From Candidatus Methanophaga sp. AG-394-G06 (lineage in GTDB: Archaea; Halobacteriota; Syntropharchaeia; Alkanophagales; Methanospirareceae), in contig PRCZ01000004.1 in assembly GCA_009903405.1 (NCBI GenBank), positions 1 to 55,303 on the forward strand: a DNA stretch of 55,303 nt. The letters are read 5' to 3'. Each line of letters starts with the position of its first letter. The stretch's first letter is position 1. The position numbers and the translations under genes were made by a program. The notes beneath the pieces are model-generated. The model had not been told where the DNA came from, did not search any database, and saw only the letters and a list, made by a program, of their open reading frames with translations. This document shows, in pieces, positions 7,972 to 14,619 of the stretch.

Positions 7972-8134
7972 ACAGAGAAGGGAGTACATACTTTTTATAG
8001 AGGATATCTCAACTTGCATTGAAAAGATAGACTTAGAAGCTGTGTGGGACACTCTAAGAAATAATATCCCATCCTTCAAGAAACAGATTGTAAACGTTTT
8101 AAAATCTGAAAAAGCATCAGAAGAGGAAAAATGA
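7964..8134 (+). pseudogene. hepT: HepT (DUF86/HEPN) toxin reduced to 56 codons by an internal in-frame deletion
   Basis: MSEQRREYILFIEDISTCIEKI (HepT N-terminus) is joined to AVWDTLRNNIPSFKKQI (HepT C-terminus). The Rx4HxY core is absent. The start overlaps the MNT stop. Confidence 0.55.
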
Positions 8135-8136
8135 AT

Positions 8137-8290
8137 AACTCATTACATACCTCACAATATTATATATCACACATCACCGATCACGCATTACGCATCACCA
8201 ATCACGCATCACGCATTACCGATCACGCATTACTGATTACCCATTACGTATACCCATCACCGATTACCGATCACGCATTACCCATCACCC
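8137..8290. repeat. H-type heptamer array (about 22 units)
   Basis: Sequence includes catcaccgatcacgcattacgcatcaccaatcacgcatcacgcattaccgatcacgcattactgattacccattacg. This is the longest array in the window. Confidence 0.85.
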
Positions 8291-8301
8291 AAAAGAACGA
8301 A

Positions 8302-8363
8302 CTGGAATATTTTGATATGAACGCAATGCCAAGGGTAAGTTCTATGTGTCTGAATACAAACAT
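8302..8363 (-). pseudogene. 5' stub of a YdjM-like hydrolase paralog
   Basis: Reverse strand reads MFVFRHIELTLGIAFISKYSS, compared with MFVFGHLGITLGIAFIIFQL at 5448. The flanks 8285-8470 are collinear with 4858-5560 minus the gene body. Confidence 0.55.
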
Positions 8364-8464
8364 GGTTTAAAGATATGTTATCTTTATATGATAGTTATTG
8401 ATTTATGAAAATCAATATACCTGAACCAAAGATAAAATTATAGGTGATAAAAATAATAGAAATA

Positions 8465-8528
8465 ATGGATGAAGAACAAACGTTTGCATCATCGGCTTTG
8501 GCTACCCGGGCTTACCTTTAGCTTTTGT
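8465..8528 (+). pseudogene. N-terminal stub of a nucleotide-sugar dehydrogenase
   Basis: A shifted frame reads VCIIGFGYPGLPLAFVI (Rossmann GxGxxG start) and runs directly into an H-type array. Confidence 0.5.
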
Positions 8529-8570
8529 GATCGATCACAGATTACACCTCACAGCTCACGCATTACGCTT
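8529..8570. repeat. H-type heptamer array (short)
   Basis: Sequence is gatcgatcacagattacacctcacagctcacgcattacgc. Confidence 0.65.
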
Positions 8571-8620
8571 TGAACCTGATATATAGCAACAACTACCTGA
8601 TCTTTCTTTTATAGTAAGTG

Positions 8621-8628
8621 TTTATATA
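8621..8628 (+). promoter_or_regulatory. candidate TATA box for the RHH-cysDN operon
   Basis: tttatata ends 28 nt upstream of the ATG at 8656, which fits a short-leader or leaderless archaeal transcript. Confidence 0.35.
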
Positions 8629-8655
8629 CTCTTATATTACTATAATTAGAGTGTA

Positions 8656-8868
8656 ATGTCAGACAAAGTCACGATAAAGATACCGCAGGAATTATATGAA
8701 AAGCTGCGGGAGATGATAGGAGGCACTGGATTCTCCAGTGTGACAGAATTTATCGTTTTTGTGATGCGGAGTTTAGCGTCAAGCGGAAAGCTAAAAGAAG
8801 AAGACAAGCTAACAAACGAAGAAGTAGAAGCGGTAAGAGAAAGATTGAGGAGGCTTGGATATTTATGA
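8656..8868 (+). CDS. ribbon-helix-helix (CopG-like) protein with an LGYL C-terminal tail
   Basis: VTIKIPQELYEKLREMIGGTGFSSVTEFIVFVMRSL is an RHH fold pattern. The tail is EEVEAVRERLRRLGYL. Overlaps the next ORF by 4 nt. Confidence 0.7.
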   Translation: MSDKVTIKIPQELYEKLREMIGGTGFSSVTEFIVFVMRSLASSGKLKEEDKLTNEEVEAVRERLRRLGYL

Positions 8869-9089
8869 AGAACGAAGAGGAAAAGAAAGCCGTATTTTTA
8901 CCGGCTGTGCTTTATGGCAGAATAGAAGAGCGGGTGCATGCTACGGAATTCAACTCTGTGGCGGATTATGTCTCGTATGTGATGGAAGAGATACTGAGAG
9001 AAGAAGAGAGCGAAGAAGAACCTACTTTTAGTGAAGAGGAGGAAGAAGAGGTGAAGAAGAGATTAAGAGCGTTGGGCTATTTGGAGTGA
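8865..9089 (+). CDS. second RHH-like protein with an LGYLE C-terminal tail
   Basis: VFLPAVLYGRIEERVHATEFNSVADYVSYVMEEIL, then an acidic linker, then VKKRLRALGYLE. Confidence 0.65.
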   Translation: MKNEEEKKAVFLPAVLYGRIEERVHATEFNSVADYVSYVMEEILREEESEEEPTFSEEEEEEVKKRLRALGYLE

Positions 9090-9183
9090 GTGCAAATGGA
9101 CAATATTAATAAGACACTAACTACCTTTGCGGCGATTGGTGTGAGGGGATGTTTGTGATCAGAAAGGAGATGATGAAAAGAGA

Positions 9184-9999
9184 ATGGGACTGAAAGAACT
9201 GGAGAATAAGAGCATATATATTCTGAGGGAAGCGTACGCGGAATTCGAGAACCCGGCAATTCTGTGGAGTATGGGAAAGGACAGCACAACTGCGCTATGG
9301 CTGTGTCGAAAAGCATTCTTAGGTGAAATCCCATTTCCTGTAATCCATATTGATACGGGTTACAAGTTCAAGCAGATGTATGAGTTCAGAGACAGAATAG
9401 CAGAGGAATGGGGATTTGATTTAGTAATAGCGAAGAATGAAGAAGCGATGAAAGCCGGTATGGGACCAGAAAAAGGGAAATTGGAGTGTTGCACTGCGCT
9501 TAAAACGGAAGCTTTAATGAACTATCTTGATAAGCACAGGTTTGATGCTTTGTTCTTGGCAATACGGCGGGACGAACACGGGATACGAGCGAAGGAACGT
9601 GTCTTTTCACCACGCGATGAAGAGTTCCGATGGAATTACCGCGACCAGCCGCTCGAGATGTGGGACCAGTATCAAACTCAAGGTCGAAGTGAGAAGGGTG
9701 CTGTTCAGAACCACACGCGAGTGCATCCAATTCTGCATTGGCGTGAGTTGGACGTTTGGGAATATATAAAGCAAGAGAAAGACATTCCAGTGAATCCGAT
9801 GTATTTTGCCAACGATGGTAAACGGTATAGAAGCTTAGGCTGTGAACCGTGCACTTCGCCAATAGAGTCAACTGCAAAGACGATAGATGAGGTGGTGGAA
9901 GAGCTGAGAACAACAAAAGTTGCAGAACGGTCTGGTCGCGCACAGGACAAAGAGAAGGCGTTTATGATGCAGAAGCTGAGAGCGCTTGGGTACATGTAA
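9184..9999 (+). CDS. cysD: sulfate adenylyltransferase subunit 2
   Basis: Contains the SMGKDSTT PP-loop, HIDTGYKFKQMYEFRD, RSLGCEPCT and GRAQDKE. Collinear with E. coli CysD, including the ...LRALGYM tail. Confidence 0.9.
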   Translation: MGLKELENKSIYILREAYAEFENPAILWSMGKDSTTALWLCRKAFLGEIPFPVIHIDTGYKFKQMYEFRDRIAEEWGFDLVIAKNEEAMKAGMGPEKGKLECCTALKTEALMNYLDKHRFDALFLAIRRDEHGIRAKERVFSPRDEEFRWNYRDQPLEMWDQYQTQGRSEKGAVQNHTRVHPILHWRELDVWEYIKQEKDIPVNPMYFANDGKRYRSLGCEPCTSPIESTAKTIDEVVEELRTTKVAERSGRAQDKEKAFMMQKLRALGYM

Positions 10000-10080
10000 G
10001 GAAAATGTAAAAACTAAAATGTAAAGATTAAAATGACAAATTAAAAATAAAAAAATGAAATGGGCGGTTAAAAATAAAAA
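10000..10080. repeat. A-rich heptamer-periodic element after the cysD stop
   Basis: Sequence is aaaatgtaaaaactaaaatgtaaagattaaaatgacaaattaaaaataaaaaaatg. A closely related ~45-nt copy lies at 11311-11355. Confidence 0.7.
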
Positions 10081-11322
10081 ATGGGAACTGAGAAGATGAG
10101 CGTAAATGTGGTGCTCGTAGGGCATGTGGATCATGGTAAGTCCACATTGATAGGAAGATTGCTTTACGACAGTGAGAGCATAAAGGATGAACGGGTGGAA
10201 GAGATCCAGAAATTAGCAGAAGAATATAAGCGCAAATTCGAATTCGCTTATTTTCTCGACTCTTTTGAGGATGAACTGAAAGAAGAGCGGACAATAGACA
10301 CGGTAAGTTTGATGTTTAAAGGCAAGAAGAATTTTTACACGATAACTGACGTGCCAGGGCATAAGGAGTTTATAAAGAACATGCTAACAGGCGCGTCACA
10401 TGCGGATGTAGCGGTTTTGGTGGTATCTGCAGAAGAAGGCGTGCAAGAGCAGACGAGAAGGCATATGTTCCTGCTCAAGATGCTTGGCATCAAACAGGTC
10501 TTTGTAGTTGTAAATAAGATGGATGCTGTGGAGTATAATAAAGAGCGGTTTGAAGAAGAAAAGGAACAAATAAGCAAGCTTTTGGATTCCTTTGACTACG
10601 CGACAGGAGAAATGCTCTTTATTCCCGTGTCCGCAATGGAAGGCGATAACATTTACAAGTATTCCGAGCATATGAAATGGTATGACGGTCCAACGTTGAT
10701 AGACGCATTGGATGGCGTGAGACTGGAAGGAAAAGAGAAACCATTGAGGTTTGCTGTTCAAGATATATATAAGGTAGAGGATGAAGAGACAATCGTAGGG
10801 CGCGTGGAATCGGGAATTCTAAGAAGAGCAGACAATGTAGTTTTCGAACCTTCGGGCGTCAAGGCGAAAGTAGAGAAGATAAATGTCTTTGATGGCGAAT
10901 TGGCAGAAGCTAAGGCAGGGGATAGTATTGGTATTATTATAAACGGAGGAGTGGTAAAAAGAGGTGATGTTCTTGGACTTCTGGAGAAACCGCCAAAACC
11001 TACTAATGCGTTTTTAGGCGAGGCGGTTTTGCTGGATAAGAACTTGAAAAAAGGGGAAGTAGTGGAAATAAGGTGTGGAACTGCAAAAGTAAGTGGTGAG
11101 ATAAAAGAGATAAGAGAAAAGATAGATTCAGAGACAGGAGCAGTTTTAGAGAGTAATCCAGAAGAGATAAATGAGCATGATGCGGCAACTATTGTCTTTG
11201 CGACCGAGCCGCTGGTGGTAGAGGAATTCGCGGAGATTCCGGAACTCGGACGGTTTGTTCTCGTAAAAGCTAACAGGAATATAGGGGCTGGAGTGGTCTT
11301 AAATGCAGATGTTAAAATGTAA
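10081..11322 (+). CDS. cysN: sulfate adenylyltransferase subunit 1 (GTPase), no APS-kinase domain
   Basis: EF-Tu-like motifs GHVDHGKST, DVPGH and NKMD. Adjacent to cysD. 413 aa. Confidence 0.85.
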   Translation: MGTEKMSVNVVLVGHVDHGKSTLIGRLLYDSESIKDERVEEIQKLAEEYKRKFEFAYFLDSFEDELKEERTIDTVSLMFKGKKNFYTITDVPGHKEFIKNMLTGASHADVAVLVVSAEEGVQEQTRRHMFLLKMLGIKQVFVVVNKMDAVEYNKERFEEEKEQISKLLDSFDYATGEMLFIPVSAMEGDNIYKYSEHMKWYDGPTLIDALDGVRLEGKEKPLRFAVQDIYKVEDEETIVGRVESGILRRADNVVFEPSGVKAKVEKINVFDGELAEAKAGDSIGIIINGGVVKRGDVLGLLEKPPKPTNAFLGEAVLLDKNLKKGEVVEIRCGTAKVSGEIKEIREKIDSETGAVLESNPEEINEHDAATIVFATEPLVVEEFAEIPELGRFVLVKANRNIGAGVVLNADVKM

Positions 11323-11355
11323 AAATCAAAATGGCAAGTCAAAAATAAAAAAGAA
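11311..11355. repeat. A-rich heptamer-periodic element overlapping the cysN stop
   Basis: gttaaaatgtaaaaatcaaaatggcaagtcaaaaataaaaaag. The last cysN codons (VKM*) are encoded by the element. Confidence 0.7.
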
Positions 11356-11414
11356 TGCGTTACCAAAGAAATTAAAAGGGAAGGGGTTTATATTTTATCT
11401 ACAAGTTTTGGACA

Positions 11415-12227
11415 TTGGGAGCAATGAAAGCAGTACAAAGAGATAAGGGAACATTTCTCGTATTAGGCATAGATGCGGCGACATGGGCTGTTGTGAACGC
11501 GAATTTGAGCAAGTTAAGTAATTTTGAGCGGTTGATTAAGCTTGGCAAAAGCAAAGTAATCACGCTGACGGAGAAGCCTATATCTGCATCTATCTGGTGC
11601 GGTATGTTCTCAGGTAAGCTTTTCACGGAGCACAAACATGAGAGTTATGTTGTTAATGGCGATATTGTAAAGCGAGCGGATATAAATGTGGATTTTATAT
11701 GGGATATTCTACATGCGAGAGGAAAGAATGTAAAAGCGTTGAACGTACCTTTTGTTGTGCCGCCTTATTCATTCAACGTAGATTTTAAGCCCATAGGTTT
11801 TGGATTGCCCACGAATGAAAAGGAATGGGGAGAGGAGCTGGAACGAGTTACGGAGAAGACGAAAGAACTTTTAGTGGTTGAGAAGCCGGATTTGCTCATC
11901 GCTGTTTATACGTTTTTGGATAGGATCCAGCACTTCCACTGGGGTGAGGATTACGTAGTCGAGTGGTATGAGCGAATGGATGAGAAGGTTGGAGAACTGA
12001 TATTCGATACAGGTTTCTTAGATGGGAACAACAAGTTGATTGTAATTTCAGATCATGGATTCTGTTCTTTTGGCGAAGCAAAAGTGCAGACGCTGCCGGA
12101 ATACACGAAAGATGGGCAATTGAAGGGTGATCATCATGAAGATGCTTTTTTGGTAACGGTGAACGTGGATTATGAGGTAGAGAGACCGCAGGATGTGTTT
12201 TTTGCGATTGAAGAAGAGATTGTATGA
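11415..12227 (+). CDS. small alkaline-phosphatase-superfamily (NPP-like) protein
   Basis: LVLGIDAATW and VISDHGF are metal-ligand motifs. PISASIW occupies the nucleophile position (Ser instead of Thr). 270 aa with no tail motif. Confidence 0.55.
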   Translation: MGAMKAVQRDKGTFLVLGIDAATWAVVNANLSKLSNFERLIKLGKSKVITLTEKPISASIWCGMFSGKLFTEHKHESYVVNGDIVKRADINVDFIWDILHARGKNVKALNVPFVVPPYSFNVDFKPIGFGLPTNEKEWGEELERVTEKTKELLVVEKPDLLIAVYTFLDRIQHFHWGEDYVVEWYERMDEKVGELIFDTGFLDGNNKLIVISDHGFCSFGEAKVQTLPEYTKDGQLKGDHHEDAFLVTVNVDYEVERPQDVFFAIEEEIV

Positions 12228-12331
12228 AGGATATTGATGAAGAGCGCTGTTTAAGAACTCAGCATAGATGTTCGGTTAAGGGAACTCCCAGTAAATAGTT
12301 TATCCAAAAAGTTTTGATAATTATCATACAA

Positions 12332-12479
12332 AGACACAGATTTCACAGATTTACACAGATGCTACTCTAAAGTCCCGAAAAGATTATTAAGCTTTTATGG
12401 GTTCATAAAATCAAAATTGAATTTATAAATCAATTATTGCACTACTTTAAATCTGTGTTAATCAGCGTTAATCTGTGTC
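12332..12479. repeat. T-type decamer inverted-repeat element
   Basis: Left arm is agacacagatttcacagatttacacagat and right arm is aaatctgtgttaatcagcgttaatctgtgtc, separated by an ~88-nt spacer. It lies between convergent genes. Confidence 0.75.
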
Positions 12480-12515
12480 AATAAAATACTTTTTTGCAAG
12501 AATAGCATACATAGC

Positions 12516-12959
12516 TTATTCAACAACCGCTATTACTTTGCATGGTGCATTCTTCTTCAAATCGTCTACAATTTTAGCCCGTTTCTCTACCAATATCGTA
12601 TCTACATTATATCTCTGTACCACTTCGACAACCGATTCAACAAAGGGTCCTTTAACTCTTATTGTCTCAAAGGATATGCCACGTTTTTCCGCTTCCTTTT
12701 CCAATCTGGCCAATCGCTTCGAGATGACCTCTTCCCTATCTGCGTTTATATCTACCTCTAATCGCTCTACAACCTTTTCACCAAGAAAACCCAGATCATG
12801 CGTTAACCGGGCAACCTTTTCGGCAATATTCATATCTCGCACGCTTAATATGATCAGATCGGCTTTATCTCTCGCCGCAAGATCCAGTGCCTGCATTGCC
12901 ATTTTTTTGTGGATGGAAGTAGCAGAAAATGCTACTAATATTTTAGCTTTCGTCTCCAT
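12516..12959 (-). CDS. universal stress protein (UspA family)
   Basis: 147 aa. KILVAFSATS, DLIILSV and the C-terminal VDTILVEKR...APCKVIAV fit the USP alpha/beta fold. Confidence 0.7.
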   Translation of the reverse strand: METKAKILVAFSATSIHKKMAMQALDLAARDKADLIILSVRDMNIAEKVARLTHDLGFLGEKVVERLEVDINADREEVISKRLARLEKEAEKRGISFETIRVKGPFVESVVEVVQRYNVDTILVEKRAKIVDDLKKNAPCKVIAVVE

Positions 12960-12993
12960 GATTTATCCTTATATTAAATTAAATTAAATTATA

Positions 12994-14382
12994 TTAAATT
13001 ATGTTGATACCAATTAAAGGCCAATATGTAAATACCATAATAATAAAAACTAACCATGCAGTTAAATTTAAAATGAATGCAGGCAGCAGGATTTGACGTA
13101 TCGTATAATAGCCAGCCGAATATGCAATTGCATTTGGCGGCGTGCCCATAGGCAGGATAAATGCAAGTCCTGATGGTATGGCTATCAGAAACACCATAAT
13201 TATAGGGCTTATGCCTACTATATCACCTATACTGAATCCGATGGGTATGAGAATCGCAACACATGCAGAATTACTGATTGCCTCTGTAAGGAATATAGCG
13301 ATAAGTGGTAGTATCAGAACTACAATGACCGAGGTCAACGTGATGTTATCCAAAACGGTCATAGCAGCCCATTCTGCCGCTCCTGTCGATGCCAGTGCCG
13401 ATCCGATGGCGATTGCCCCACCGTACATTAGGATTATTCCCCAGTTGACATTGGATTCCACATCTCGCCATTTCAGCACATTGAGCATGAAGAGCAAAAC
13501 AGCAGAAAGAATCGCTATTACTGCTAATCCTATTGTATTACCAATAAATATCCATGAACAGACGGTCAGCAGCATAACACACCCCGCCTTCTTTTCTGCC
13601 CTCGTTATCTTACCTACGGCTACTAGTTCAGATCTGAGTACTTCTTTTGCCGGTTTGATTGTGTGTATATCCATTTTCAAAAAAAGATTTAATATGACAA
13701 AAGCAATTGCAAGCATTACAAATACAATTGGCATCGCTGCCACCATCCACTCAAAGAAAGTTATTTCAAGACCTGTGCTTTCTTTTAATAATCCGATAGC
13801 AAGTGGGTTCCTTGCACCGCCAAGCAGCGTTCCCACACCGCCTATCACGGCACCCCAGGCCAGTGATAAAAAGAGAAGTGCACCGTAATTGCTGTTTAAC
13901 TTTTCTAAATCTAAACTGTTCGCAATCGCAGCAACCACCGGAAACATCATGGCTGCAACGGCGTGTTCCGGCATTATAAAGGATAAAAATGCGCACGTTA
14001 GCATTATGCCAGCCAACAATTTACGGGGTGTGCTGTCAAATTTATTGAGCATAAGCAAAGCAATTCTTTTGCTTAAGCCTGTCTCAATCATTGCAGCGGC
14101 AAGGATGAAAGCACCAAGGATAAAGAATACCGCTGAGTTTCCAAAAAGAGCAAAAGCCTCTTTACTCGGCATCACGCCTAGTAGAGGAAGAAGAGCGATT
14201 ACAAACAGACCCGTCACAGAAAGGGGCAGCGCGTTTGTTATCCACAGAATAATAGCACATGCAAAGATCCCTATTGCATTTTTCGCTTCCGTAGACAGTC
14301 CTGTCGGTGCAGGCGATACCACAAAAACTGCAAGTACGAGTAATGAAAAAGCTATGATGATATATTGTCCTTTTCTATTCAT
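12994..14382 (-). CDS. DASS/SLC13-family anion permease (candidate sulfate transporter)
   Basis: 462 aa and polytopic, with hairpin motifs of the SNxx type (TEAISNSACVAIL). The gene context is cysDN. Confidence 0.7.
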   Translation of the reverse strand: MNRKGQYIIIAFSLLVLAVFVVSPAPTGLSTEAKNAIGIFACAIILWITNALPLSVTGLFVIALLPLLGVMPSKEAFALFGNSAVFFILGAFILAAAMIETGLSKRIALLMLNKFDSTPRKLLAGIMLTCAFLSFIMPEHAVAAMMFPVVAAIANSLDLEKLNSNYGALLFLSLAWGAVIGGVGTLLGGARNPLAIGLLKESTGLEITFFEWMVAAMPIVFVMLAIAFVILNLFLKMDIHTIKPAKEVLRSELVAVGKITRAEKKAGCVMLLTVCSWIFIGNTIGLAVIAILSAVLLFMLNVLKWRDVESNVNWGIILMYGGAIAIGSALASTGAAEWAAMTVLDNITLTSVIVVLILPLIAIFLTEAISNSACVAILIPIGFSIGDIVGISPIIMVFLIAIPSGLAFILPMGTPPNAIAYSAGYYTIRQILLPAFILNLTAWLVFIIMVFTYWPLIGINII

Positions 14383-14425
14383 TATTGAACTTCACTCTCG
14401 CTGGCAATAATCGCATGCGTGATGT

Positions 14426-14516
14426 AAAAAAACTTTTTTGCAAGCAAAAACCTTTACTAAAAAATGCTTACGCTTCTTTTTTGCAAGCAAAAACCTTTAC
14501 TAAAAAAAGCTTACGC
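14426..14516. repeat. element C, two tandem 43-44-nt units
   Basis: ttttttgcaagcaaaaacctttactaaaaaatgcttacgc occurs twice. Related to 944-1008. Confidence 0.8.
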
Positions 14517-14577
14517 TATAGCAAAAGGAACAGGTATAGTTTTCATCGGTACGATCATTGGCACGCTTTTGAAAAAA
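14517..14577 (+). pseudogene. N-terminal stub of a Wzx-type flippase
   Basis: Reads AKGTGIVFIGTIIGTLLKKF, compared with MAKGTGIVFIGSLAGVFLAF at 23566. It directly follows element C. Confidence 0.55.
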
Positions 14578-14587
14578 TTTATATATA
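14578..14587 (+). promoter_or_regulatory. candidate TATA box for the rml operon
   Basis: aaaaaatttatatata lies 33 nt upstream of the rmlA ATG. Confidence 0.4.
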
Positions 14588-14619
14588 ACATTGGAGTTTG
14601 AGGTGTATAAGATATAAAA

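Noticed and set aside
8137-8290. Possible CRISPR array (regularly spaced repeats at 8137-8290, 4801-4858 and 51333-52640)
   Set aside because: The repeat units are 7 or 10 nt and directly abutting, with no unique 25-40-nt spacers. No cas genes are present in the window.
8820-9999. GY[LM] C-termini as HbYX proteasome-docking motifs
   Set aside because: HbYX needs a hydrophobic residue before the penultimate Tyr, and here it is Gly. One tail has an extra Glu after the motif, and three of the six tails have Lys or Arg instead of Tyr.
12475-14410. Long plus-strand ORFs 12475-12987, 13142-13888 and 13889-14410 (and the minus-strand ORF 10758-11366 inside cysN)
   Set aside because: They are antisense to well-supported genes (USP, DASS permease, cysN). 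Their composition is low-complexity and Ser/Ile/Thr/Ala-rich, and they contain no recognisable motifs. They are shadow ORFs.
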